Assembly: GCF_014180685.1 (NCBI RefSeq)
Contig: NZ_JACEHF010000001.1
Location: forward strand, 97,976-137,975
DNA from: Nocardioides pelophilus
Lineage (GTDB): Bacteria; Actinomycetota; Actinomycetes; Propionibacteriales; Nocardioidaceae
Length of the DNA stretch: 40,000 bases
Direction: 5' to 3'
A program made the position numbers and the translations under genes. How positions within the stretch are numbered: the first letter of the stretch is position 1; each line of letters opens with the position of its first letter. Under the pieces are notes generated by a model. The model was not told the DNA's origin, ran no database searches, and was given only the letters and a program-made list of their open reading frames with translations. Of this stretch, positions 25,561 to 33,873 are shown piece by piece.

Positions 25561-25929
25561 TCACGCCCCTCGGTACACGCAGCCGGAAGTACAGGTCTCT
25601 CGGACCCTGATCTCATTGAGGTTTGGAAGCACCGCGATCAGGCGATCCCAGATCCACTTGGCGAGAACCTCGCTGGTCGGGTTCTCGAGCCCTTCGATCT
25701 CGTTGAGGTAGTAGTGATCGAGTTGGTCTTCGAGGGGCTTGAAGGCGTCCTTGATGTCGCCGAAGTCCTGAACCCAGCCGCTCTCGTCGCCGACGGGCCC
25801 GAGGACATGGATCTCGACCTTGTATGAGTGACCGTGGAGGCGAGCGCACTTGTGACCCTCTGGGACGTTCGGTAGGCGGTGCGCCGCTTCGAAGGAGAAC
25901 TCGCGGTAGATCTCAGCTGTGTGTGTCAC
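25561..25929 (-). CDS. queD: 6-carboxy-5,6,7,8-tetrahydropterin synthase
   Basis: '[28 protein letters not shown]' (Cx3HGH zinc/catalytic motif) and '[13 protein letters not shown]'; 122 aa. Confidence 0.9.
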   Translation of the reverse strand: MTHTAEIYREFSFEAAHRLPNVPEGHKCARLHGHSYKVEIHVLGPVGDESGWVQDFGDIKDAFKPLEDQLDHYYLNEIEGLENPTSEVLAKWIWDRLIAVLPNLNEIRVRETCTSGCVYRGA

Positions 25930-26561
25930 GGAATCCCCAGGTACTTGTGGGTCTGCAGGCTGAGCTGCCAGCGCGGGTGCTCCATGCAGAACTTGACTGC
26001 GAGCTCGGTGTTGGCGGGAAGGTCGGGGCCATCCATCGGCTGGACGCGGAAGCTGGCGAAGTCCAGGTGCTCGAATGACACAGGGTCTACGCCGCCCTGG
26101 GGGACGACGAACTTCAACTCCTGTCCGCTCTGGACCACCAACTCGGCGCCAACCTTGGGGCTGACGCAGAGCCAGTCGATCCCGGCCGGCGGCTCGATCG
26201 TTCCGTTGGTCTCGACCGCTACGTAGAAGCCTCGAGCCTTGAGGGCCCGTACGGCGAGAGCGTCAAGTTGCAGCAGCGGCTCCCCGCCGGTGCAAACAAC
26301 CATGGGTTCACCGCCGGAACCATGGGGCCACCTCGATGCAACTGCGTCGGCGAGAGCCTCGGCGTCGCGGAACTTGCCGCCGCCTTCGCCGTCGGTGCCA
26401 ACGAAGTCCGTGTCGCAGAACTTGCAGATGGCGCGCTCTCGGTCCTTCTCGCGCCCGGTCCAGAGGTTGCAGGAACTGAATCTGCAGAACACGGAAGGGC
26501 GTCCAGCATGGGCACCCTCACCCTGGAGGGTGTAGAAGATCTCCTTGACCTTGTAGGTCAC
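25926..26561 (-). CDS. queE: 7-carboxy-7-deazaguanine synthase (radical SAM)
   Basis: '[47 protein letters not shown]' carries the CX14CX2C-type QueE cluster motif. ATGA overlaps on both sides. Confidence 0.9.
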   Translation of the reverse strand: MTYKVKEIFYTLQGEGAHAGRPSVFCRFSSCNLWTGREKDRERAICKFCDTDFVGTDGEGGGKFRDAEALADAVASRWPHGSGGEPMVVCTGGEPLLQLDALAVRALKARGFYVAVETNGTIEPPAGIDWLCVSPKVGAELVVQSGQELKFVVPQGGVDPVSFEHLDFASFRVQPMDGPDLPANTELAVKFCMEHPRWQLSLQTHKYLGIP

Positions 26562-27256
26562 GCCTGCGACCCCTGGTACTCAAGCGGATCCTCGAGACCC
26601 GCCTCAGCGAAGCCCTTGAGCCTGAGCAGGCAAGAGTCGCAGTGGCCGCATGGCCGGCCTTGGTCGTCCGGGTCGTAACACGAGGACGTGAGCGAGTAGT
26701 CCACTCCGAGCCGCTTGCCGATTTCGACGGTCTGAGCCTTGGTCAGCTCTATGAGCGGAGTGTGGATCCTGAGTTCGTTCCCCTCGACTCCGGCGCGGGT
26801 GGCGAGGTTCGCCATGCGCTCGTAGGCGGCGATGAACTCGGGCCTACAGTCCGGGTAGCCCGAGTAGTCGAGCGCGTTCACGCCGATGAAGATGTCGGTC
26901 GCTCCCACCACCTCCGCGTAGGCCAGAGCGAACGACAGGAAGACCGTGTTGCGGGCCGGCACGTAGGTGATCGGGATCTCCTCGCCGGAGATCTCCGCGG
27001 CGGAGTCATGCTTGGGGACCTCGACGTCGGCCGTGAGGGCGGATCCGCCGAACACGCGTAGGTCGATGTCACACACAACATGCCGAGAGACTCCGGCTGC
27101 CTCCGCGACGCGCTGCGCAGCGGCGAGTTCGATCTCGTGGCGCTGACCGTAGCGGAAGCTCAGGGCGTACGGTTCGAAACCCTGGTCCTTGGCGATCGCG
27201 AGCACGGTGGTGGAGTCCAGTCCCCCGCTCAGCAGTACGACGGCCTTCCTCGTCAT
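26558..27256 (-). CDS. queC: 7-cyano-7-deazaguanine (preQ0) synthase
   Basis: '[14 protein letters not shown]' PP-loop and C-terminal zinc cysteines '[21 protein letters not shown]'. Start is placed at the third Met (ATG 27254-27256) behind ggagagga; the track start 27274 is the alternative. Confidence 0.9.
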   Translation of the reverse strand: MTRKAVVLLSGGLDSTTVLAIAKDQGFEPYALSFRYGQRHEIELAAAQRVAEAAGVSRHVVCDIDLRVFGGSALTADVEVPKHDSAAEISGEEIPITYVPARNTVFLSFALAYAEVVGATDIFIGVNALDYSGYPDCRPEFIAAYERMANLATRAGVEGNELRIHTPLIELTKAQTVEIGKRLGVDYSLTSSCYDPDDQGRPCGHCDSCLLRLKGFAEAGLEDPLEYQGSQA

Positions 27257-27292
27257 GCGCCTCATCCTCTCCATCTGTACACAACCTCGGTC

Positions 27293-27349
27293 CTACTCCA
27301 TAGCAACGAAACTACACGATAGAGTAGCCGCGTCGAACATGTAGTTTCG
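27293..27349. promoter_or_regulatory. Interleaved inverted repeats (pseudoknot-capable element / operator) in the queC-dpd divergent intergenic region
   Basis: Pair 1: cgaaactaca (27307-27316) with tgtagtttcg (27340-27349), 10 bp perfect. Pair 2: ctactc (27293-27298) with gagtag (27322-27327). The order a-b-a'-b' gives H-type pseudoknot topology on either transcript. This is the AT-richest line I counted in the island (29 G/C out of 60 nt). Confidence 0.35.
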
Positions 27350-27363
27350 GAAGCTGTGAGGTC

Positions 27364-28233
27364 ATGTCGCGACGGAAACTGACGATCATCGTCACCTGCA
27401 CTGACAGGAAGTTGGCGACCCCACGCCCCGAACTGATGGCTCGCAATCTTCCCCGTGGGGAGGTGGAAGCCCGCGCCCGGGTGTGGACGAAGTCAGTGGC
27501 CCGATCGCAAACGACCTCGCCGCTGATCGATCTGTACCGTGGCGAGACCTGGAGCCAGGTCAAGCGACTCATCGCCACCGCACGAGATGTCGGCTTCGAA
27601 CCGGACGTACTGGTAGCTTCAGCCGGACTGGGGCTTCGCTCCCTGAGCGACACGGCGCCTGCGTACGCGGCAACCTTCAGCGCTGGCCACGCTGATTCAG
27701 TTGCGGTCTCGATGGCCGAGACTCGGGCTTGGTGGAGAGCACTCCCCCGAACTTCGGCCCCCGTAGGCGGGCGTGCCCTGTGGGTGCTCTCAGAGAGCTA
27801 CTCACGGGCGATAGGAACCGACCTGTTAGAAAGCACCGCACCCAGCGAACTGCTGGTCTTTGGTGGCTCCCGGGAGATCCCCGATGACTTCCGGATCGCA
27901 TCAGATCGCTGGCTCCGCCAGGCCCTCGGTGGCACCACGACGAGCCTCAACCTTCGCGCGGCTACGCGGTGGCTAACGCTCACGAGGAACACGGATCCAT
28001 TTGCCGAAGACGCCCCTGTACTTTGGCGCGACTGGTCGGAGCGTTCACGCCGCCAGGAGGAGTACAACCGCAAGGCGATGTCGGACAGCGCAGTGCTTGA
28101 GTTCATCAGTGCCCTCAGGACACACGATCCGGCAATCTCCAAGACTCGCGCTCTCAAGTCGCTACGGGACTCGGGCTTGGCCTGCGAGCAGCGGCGCTTC
28201 TCAGACCTCTTCCTACAGGCGGCAGCCCGGTGA
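27364..28233 (+). CDS. Hypothetical protein, first gene of the dpdA operon (possible YaaA/DUF6884-like fold; occupies the place a DpdC-type function might take)
   Basis: 289 aa. Its stop overlaps the next start (GTGA). 'KLTIIVTCTDRKLA' and 'LIDLYRGETWSQV' are reminiscent of the strand-S/C-x-x-K plus 'lYxG' pattern of DUF328/DUF6884-type proteins, but I cannot confirm this. Confidence 0.5.
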   Translation: MSRRKLTIIVTCTDRKLATPRPELMARNLPRGEVEARARVWTKSVARSQTTSPLIDLYRGETWSQVKRLIATARDVGFEPDVLVASAGLGLRSLSDTAPAYAATFSAGHADSVAVSMAETRAWWRALPRTSAPVGGRALWVLSESYSRAIGTDLLESTAPSELLVFGGSREIPDDFRIASDRWLRQALGGTTTSLNLRAATRWLTLTRNTDPFAEDAPVLWRDWSERSRRQEEYNRKAMSDSAVLEFISALRTHDPAISKTRALKSLRDSGLACEQRRFSDLFLQAAAR

Positions 28234-29366
28234 CTAACCCAGATTGGCTGATACGCCGAGCGCTGAAGGTGCTGCAGAGCGACGAGACGCCGCTTTACCT
28301 GTTCACCCTCGCGGCCGAGGAGGTCGACCTGGTTGCCGATGTTGCCCGCATCGGCCGGGACGAGGCGGGAAAGTTGATCGGCTATCAGCGCCCCGAGAAG
28401 CAGAAGCACGTCAAGCAGATCCAGGATTACCTGGACTCCGAAGATCCCCTCTTCCCCAACGGGCTCATCCTCGCTTTGCCACCGGAGGTCAAGTTCAAGT
28501 CCAGCCGCGGCCCGACGACGACCGACGGGCTCGCCGTGGCTGGGACCTTGGAGATCCCGATCGCGACGGACCGGGAAGGTCCCCGACCGGCATGGATCGT
28601 TGATGGGCAGCAGCGCAGTTTGGCGCTTGCTCGAACCAGGAACCGACGCCTGCCCGTCCCGGTTGCTGGGTTTGTGGCTCCCACCCTGGAGCTCCAGCGT
28701 GAGCAGTTCCTACGCGTGAACACCGTTCAGCCTTTGCCAACCGGTCTCGTCACCGAACTACTGCCCGAGATCTCCAGCGTGCCGTCCGCACGCATGGCCA
28801 CAAGACAGTTGCCCTCAGCGCTCGTCGACATGCTGAATCAGGACAAGGACTCGCCTTTCCGCGGGATGATCCGGCGAGCATCCACGCGGGCCGAAGAGAA
28901 AAAGCGGGCCGTCGTCACTGACACCAGCCTTGTGGAGGCCATCCGCGAATCAGTCGAGTCACCGTCAGGGGTTCTCTTCCCGTACCGAAACATCGCCAGC
29001 GGGACAACCGACACCGAGGGCATCCGGCGGGTGCTCTTGGCCTACTGGGGGGCGGTGCGAGAGACGTTCCCTGAGGCGTGGGGCAAGTCCGCGAACAAGA
29101 GTCGGCTCATGCACGGGGTTGGCATCCGGGCGATGGGTCGGGTCATGGACCGGGTGATGACCCATGTGCGCGACGATGACCCGCGGGCCCAGGAGCGCGC
29201 TGCGCAGGAACTGGGGCTGATCGCGGAGAAATGCCGATGGACTAGCGGCACTTGGGAGGATCTGGGTGTCGCGTGGAATGACCTGCAGAACACGCCGCGA
29301 CACATCAGCGCGCTCTCGAACTACCTCGTGCGCACGTACCTTGCTGAACGGACCGGTCGAAAGTGA
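28230..29366 (+). CDS. dpdB: DGQHR-domain (here DGQQR) ParB/DndB-like protein, DpdB-like paralog 1
   Basis: 'GYQRPE', 'PAWIVDGQQRSLAL', 'FLRVNTVQPLPTGLVTELLP', 'KSRLMHGVGIRAMG', 'CRWTSGTW', 'LQNTP'. Immediately upstream of dpdA, and its stop overlaps the dpdA start (GTGA). Confidence 0.75.
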   Translation: MTNPDWLIRRALKVLQSDETPLYLFTLAAEEVDLVADVARIGRDEAGKLIGYQRPEKQKHVKQIQDYLDSEDPLFPNGLILALPPEVKFKSSRGPTTTDGLAVAGTLEIPIATDREGPRPAWIVDGQQRSLALARTRNRRLPVPVAGFVAPTLELQREQFLRVNTVQPLPTGLVTELLPEISSVPSARMATRQLPSALVDMLNQDKDSPFRGMIRRASTRAEEKKRAVVTDTSLVEAIRESVESPSGVLFPYRNIASGTTDTEGIRRVLLAYWGAVRETFPEAWGKSANKSRLMHGVGIRAMGRVMDRVMTHVRDDDPRAQERAAQELGLIAEKCRWTSGTWEDLGVAWNDLQNTPRHISALSNYLVRTYLAERTGRK

Positions 29367-30589
29367 AGTTCTACTTCCCAGACAGCCAGGACCTCGTCAG
29401 TCCGACCTACGACTTCCTACGCGACGAGTACGTGGCACATCGAGTCCGGCAAAGGGACGACCGATACGCCCACGAGGTGCTTGAACGGGCCCCTTACCAC
29501 GGCGTGCTTGTCAGCAAGTCGATCGTCGACGGTTCCATCAAGGGCGCAGGCAAGTACTCGGGCGCCCAGCGCGCCCGCATGTATCGGATGGGCGTACGGC
29601 GCTTCTTCCGCCTCCCAGACGAGGTGGAGACGCTCGGCGACAACGGCGCCTTCAACTACGTCGATGAAGAAGTGCCTCCAGTCACGGCGGAGGAAACCCT
29701 CGACTTCTACGACGAGTGCGGCTTCGATGCGGGGGTCAGCACCGACCACATCATTTTCGGTTACGCCCCGGGCGCCACGGAAGCAGATGTCGACCCGCAG
29801 TGGGCAGAACGTCGACGTCTGACGTTGAGGCTTGCCGAGCAGTTCATCGAGGCAGTCCGCGAACGACGAAGCACCGTGCAACCGGTTGGCGCCGCGCAGG
29901 GCTGGAGTCCCGATAGCTTCGCCGACAGCGTGCACGCCCTTCAGGACATGGGATACGAACGAATCGCGCTGGGCGGCATGGTCCCTCTCAAGACCAACCA
30001 GATCCTCGCCTGCCTCACTCGCATCCATGAAGTACTCAAGCCCGAGACCGAACTGCATCTTCTCGGCATCACGCGGATCGACTCGATGGATGACTTCGCC
30101 GACTTCGGCGTTGCAAGCTTCGACAGCACGTCGGCGTTCCGCCAGGCATTCATGGACGACCGGAAGAACTACCACACAGCTGAGCGGGCCTACGTAGCCA
30201 TCCGAGTCCCGCAAGTCGACGGCAACCCAACACTCAAGCGCGCCATCCTCGCCGGCGCGGTCAGCCAAAGGGAGGCGTTGACCGCCGAACGCGACGCCCT
30301 CAAGGCGCTCAGGGCCTACGACGGAACCGTGCGCGCCCGGCGGGCATGCATCGACGCACTCGGCGCGTACGAGGCGGTGTGCCAGTCCAAGAAGTCATAT
30401 CTAGCTGCATACGACGAGACACTCGCGGACGCGCCCTGGACGCGCTGCCGTTGCAAGCTGTGCACGCAACATGGCGTTGAGATCGCCATCTTCCGCGGCA
30501 CCGAACGCAACAAGCGTCGTGGGTTCCACAACATGTCGGTGCTCGCTCAACGCATGAGTGTTCTTAGGTCCAACACGAGGAGAGCCTGA
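29363..30589 (+). CDS. dpdA: TGT-like DNA 7-deazaguanine transglycosylase DpdA
   Basis: TIM-barrel TGT blocks 'LGDNGAFNY', 'ERIALGGMVPLK', 'LHLLGITR', 'ASFDSTSAFRQA'. Zinc site 'CRCKLCTQH...RGFHN' (CxCxxC...H). 408 aa, next to preQ0 genes and DGQHR-type proteins. Confidence 0.85.
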   Translation: MKFYFPDSQDLVSPTYDFLRDEYVAHRVRQRDDRYAHEVLERAPYHGVLVSKSIVDGSIKGAGKYSGAQRARMYRMGVRRFFRLPDEVETLGDNGAFNYVDEEVPPVTAEETLDFYDECGFDAGVSTDHIIFGYAPGATEADVDPQWAERRRLTLRLAEQFIEAVRERRSTVQPVGAAQGWSPDSFADSVHALQDMGYERIALGGMVPLKTNQILACLTRIHEVLKPETELHLLGITRIDSMDDFADFGVASFDSTSAFRQAFMDDRKNYHTAERAYVAIRVPQVDGNPTLKRAILAGAVSQREALTAERDALKALRAYDGTVRARRACIDALGAYEAVCQSKKSYLAAYDETLADAPWTRCRCKLCTQHGVEIAIFRGTERNKRRGFHNMSVLAQRMSVLRSNTRRA

Positions 30590-31698
30590 TGGCCGATCGC
30601 TACGAAATCCGGCTTCCCGCATTGCGGATCCGTCAGGGACAGCAGTACATCTACACTTTCGGCGTCGATGGCAAGCAGATCCACGACTTCGCAACAGTCA
30701 GTCGGGTCCACCGTCACGACATCGAACTCCAGGGCTACCAGCGTCCTGAGGTGCTCAGCCACATTCGAGCTATCCGCCGTTACCTCGAGTCCGATGGGGC
30801 AATGCTTCCCAACGCGATCGTGCTTGCCTTCGATGAACGGGTGAAGTTCGAGCCGGTAGGTTCCCGCAGCGTCGTTGACTACGTCGCCGCCGGCGAACTC
30901 GTCATTCCTGTCGATGAATCGCTGCCGGATGACGAGAAGCCCGCTTGGCTCGTGGACGGGCAGCAGCGAAGTGCCGCGATCCGCGATGCGGACCTCGCCG
31001 AGTTCGCAGTCGCTGCAGTCGGATTCATCGCCCACGGCGAAGCGGAGCAGCGCTCGCAGTTCATCTTGGTGAACAACACGAAGCCCCTGCCGAAGGGCCT
31101 CATCCATGAACTCCTGCCGGACACCAAAGGGCATCTCCCGACCGCATACGCCAAGAAGCAGTTGCCGGCGCAGGTGCTCACGCGTTTGAACTTCGGGCAA
31201 CGGGCGAAGGGCGAACCGTTTGCGGGACGAATCGCAACGCCCACCATGGCCGATGGCTACATCAAGGACAACAGCGTCCTGAAGATGATCGAGAACAGCC
31301 TCTACGACGGCGCCCTGTACCAATATCGCGATCCCGTGGACGGGAGCGGCGACATCGACCAGATCGTGTTGCATCTCAACTACTACTGGACCGTCGTGCA
31401 GGTGACCTTTCCCGACGCATGGGAACTCCCGCCCACCAAGTCACGCCTCACGCATGGCGCGGGCATTCAAGCACTCGGCTACGTGATGGACGCCTTGACC
31501 GACGGAACGCCTGCTGCTCGACTTCCGAAGCTTGGCATCGAGCACAAAATCGCGGCGCTTGCGGAGCATTGCGCGTGGACGAGCGGATCGTGGAACCTGG
31601 GTGGCGACGAACCGCGTCGGTGGAACGGCATCCAGAACACCCCAAACGATGTGAGGTTGCTGTCGAGTCACCTGCTGCGGGCCGTTCGACGAGCCTAG
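30589..31698 (+). CDS. dpdB: DGQHR-domain (here DGQQR) ParB/DndB-like protein, DpdB-like paralog 2
   Basis: Collinear with paralog 1: 'GYQRPE', 'PAWLVDGQQRSAAI', 'FILVNNTKPLPKGLIHELLP', 'KSRLTHGAGIQALG', 'CAWTSGSW', 'IQNTP'. 1-nt overlap (TGATG) with dpdA. Confidence 0.75.
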   Translation: MADRYEIRLPALRIRQGQQYIYTFGVDGKQIHDFATVSRVHRHDIELQGYQRPEVLSHIRAIRRYLESDGAMLPNAIVLAFDERVKFEPVGSRSVVDYVAAGELVIPVDESLPDDEKPAWLVDGQQRSAAIRDADLAEFAVAAVGFIAHGEAEQRSQFILVNNTKPLPKGLIHELLPDTKGHLPTAYAKKQLPAQVLTRLNFGQRAKGEPFAGRIATPTMADGYIKDNSVLKMIENSLYDGALYQYRDPVDGSGDIDQIVLHLNYYWTVVQVTFPDAWELPPTKSRLTHGAGIQALGYVMDALTDGTPAARLPKLGIEHKIAALAEHCAWTSGSWNLGGDEPRRWNGIQNTPNDVRLLSSHLLRAVRRA

Positions 31699-31704
31699 TT
31701 GGTT

Positions 31705-33873
31705 CTAGCCGCCGAGCGCTTCTTCCAGGGCGCGCAAGAAGCCGGAGTGGCCCTTCAAGCGCGGAAGGATCTGCTTCTCCCGCGGACGCACGGCGTCAAT
31801 CGCGCCCGTGGCTTGGTGCGCTGCATGCCAGGTATCGACAATGAAGTAGTCAGCCCTCTCTGCAAGGGACTTGAGCGCTTGGGTGGCGACCTCGTCGTGG
31901 TTCTCCTTCACGTCACCGACGGAACATAGCTTCGCGAGACGGGCCCTGAGGTGGGTCTCGACGCGGGGCAGAAGCGAGTAAATTCCGACGAGCTTGCCGT
32001 CGAGTGCCGACCACACGTCGCGCTCAATCTTCGGCGCCTCAATTTCCTGTGATGGCAACCCGAGGCCGGCGGCGAGCACTTCCACCTCTACCCGTTCTCG
32101 GAAGCTCAAGCGTCCGGAGTGCAGTCGGGCACCATCGATCATCAAGACCGCCAGCCCGGTGCGCTTCGAATCAACGGGGCACGGTGAATCGGCCACGAGC
32201 TCAAGTACGTTGATGCACCATCCGACCGCGTTGGGTGACGCGATCCGCTGCCAGATCTTGAGGGTTAGGTCGAGCACCTCTTCGTACTCCCCTGCCGAAG
32301 GACCCACTTCGAGCCAGGCGGCGAAGAGATCGAGGTAGGCGGAGCGAACCATTTCGCTGAAGTTGTCCTGTTCCGACAACAACGCCAGCACGACCTGACA
32401 GAAGTCGTTCGAGGAGCCGCCGGCCAAGATGCGGGCCGACTCCCGGCACAGTAGGTCGATGCATGCCCGCAGTTGATCCGCATTGGTTCCTCCGGACGCT
32501 TCGAGCAATGCATCGCACACGGCGGCGAGTTGCTGGGCGTCCAGAGTTCCGAGTTGCGGCCAAGCCTCCGCGTTGTTGCGGGCAACCGCGGCCGCATCCG
32601 CCCATCTCACGTCGCCTGCGAGCCTCTTGGCCCATTCGACCCAATCTGCGCAGGAGGCATCAACGAACTGCTCGAGCTCCGCCAGGTCTCTTCTGCCGTG
32701 CCTCGTGAGTTCGAGTGCCCCGCGCTTCCCGAGATCACGGACCGCAGCGAGCACGCGTGGCGCGTGCTCTACCTCGCCAGAATCGAGGATGGCCTGCAAG
32801 GCAAGTTCGGCATACCTGGCAGTGGGGTCTGTGATGAAGGTCGAGACCACGTCCGCGAGTCGGCCTTCCCGAAACGCCTCAGCAACAGGGTCGGCCACTG
32901 GCACAAGGACTGGAGCGTGACCCGGCAGGTCGGCTGGCGTGGCCGTCGCTTCACGCTCGGGTGCGCTGGCGAGCGCTTTCAACCGGTGTCGTTCTTCTGG
33001 CTCTTCGGCCCGCTCGAGAATCGAGGTCTGCCACTCGACATCTTCGTCCGCGAGTGCCGCCAAGAAGCACACTCCGCGACCTTCCGGCGTGGAAGGTACG
33101 CGCACGGACCGCACTAGCGGCCCGAACTCCCCAAGTACGCCGCGTTCGTTGAAGGCGATGCGGGGGTTCTCGTGCTCTGGTCCGGAGAGTTCCGTCCACC
33201 AGACCATTCGCAGCAAAGTCTCCGAAATCGCCCTCGGGCGACGCGTCTGCAGCAGCGCGCTGATATAAGGCATTGCCCGCATCTCGGCCCAGCGCCCGAA
33301 CGCGGCGAAGTACTCAATTCGCAGGTAACGAAGATTTTCGGCGCTCACATGGCCGTTGAGAACGATCTGGTCGAGCAGACTGCGGGCCGAATCGTCGTCC
33401 CGGCGCAGGAGTGCTAACCGGAAGTCGCGAAGGAGTTCACTGTTCGTCGGCTTGATCTCCAAGGCCGTCCACTGGCGCCCTCCGACCGAGGCGACCATGT
33501 CTTCGAGTCGCGCCAGCATCTCCGCTGCTCCGTTGGGCCTGTGGTCGACCCGCCGTAGGAACGACGCGCGGACCAGGCCCGTGGACTTCCATGCAGGCGG
33601 TAGTTCCGCATTCAGGCGTGATTCGGTGACCGTGTCGACGGACACTACGCCCGGACCGAGGAATGCAACGACCACCTCGCGTCCGCGACGTTGACCTTCG
33701 CTGTCCTCGCTGAAGAGGTAGAAGCCGTTCGTCCACGGAAGTACGAGCCACTCGCTCGCCCCCGTTCGGAACCTAGAGACCTGAGACTCGACGAGCCCCT
33801 CGATGCGGTCCACGAACGCTCCGAATCGACCGAGGTCGCCGATCAGGTCAGGGAGAGCGGTATCAATCCTCAC
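31705..33873 (-). CDS. Large hypothetical protein (722 aa), last gene of the helicase/PLD operon
   Basis: GTG start overlaps the PLD stop (GTGA). Codon bias looks coding throughout, and the sequence is mostly alpha-helical by eye. I recognise no catalytic motif (no Walker A, no nuclease motif). Any relationship to Dpd (for example DpdD) or DrmE-type proteins is untested. Confidence 0.65.
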   Translation of the reverse strand: MRIDTALPDLIGDLGRFGAFVDRIEGLVESQVSRFRTGASEWLVLPWTNGFYLFSEDSEGQRRGREVVVAFLGPGVVSVDTVTESRLNAELPPAWKSTGLVRASFLRRVDHRPNGAAEMLARLEDMVASVGGRQWTALEIKPTNSELLRDFRLALLRRDDDSARSLLDQIVLNGHVSAENLRYLRIEYFAAFGRWAEMRAMPYISALLQTRRPRAISETLLRMVWWTELSGPEHENPRIAFNERGVLGEFGPLVRSVRVPSTPEGRGVCFLAALADEDVEWQTSILERAEEPEERHRLKALASAPEREATATPADLPGHAPVLVPVADPVAEAFREGRLADVVSTFITDPTARYAELALQAILDSGEVEHAPRVLAAVRDLGKRGALELTRHGRRDLAELEQFVDASCADWVEWAKRLAGDVRWADAAAVARNNAEAWPQLGTLDAQQLAAVCDALLEASGGTNADQLRACIDLLCRESARILAGGSSNDFCQVVLALLSEQDNFSEMVRSAYLDLFAAWLEVGPSAGEYEEVLDLTLKIWQRIASPNAVGWCINVLELVADSPCPVDSKRTGLAVLMIDGARLHSGRLSFRERVEVEVLAAGLGLPSQEIEAPKIERDVWSALDGKLVGIYSLLPRVETHLRARLAKLCSVGDVKENHDEVATQALKSLAERADYFIVDTWHAAHQATGAIDAVRPREKQILPRLKGHSGFLRALEEALGG

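Noticed and set aside
27275-27363. Calling the queC leader element a preQ1 riboswitch.
   Set aside because: I could not match it to the preQ1-I, II or III consensus: there is no conserved loop plus A-rich tail or SD-sequestering arrangement. It is reported only as an unclassified structured element or operator.
29417-31374. Minus-strand ORFs 29417-30268 (283 aa) and 30547-31374 (275 aa) opposite dpdA and dpdB-like 2. Also plus-strand ORFs 21705-22505, 34448-35263 and 35441-36190 opposite the pAgo and helicase genes.
   Set aside because: These are shadow ORFs. The opposite strands carry unambiguous TGT, DGQQR, PIWI and helicase motifs and the operon-coupling geometry.
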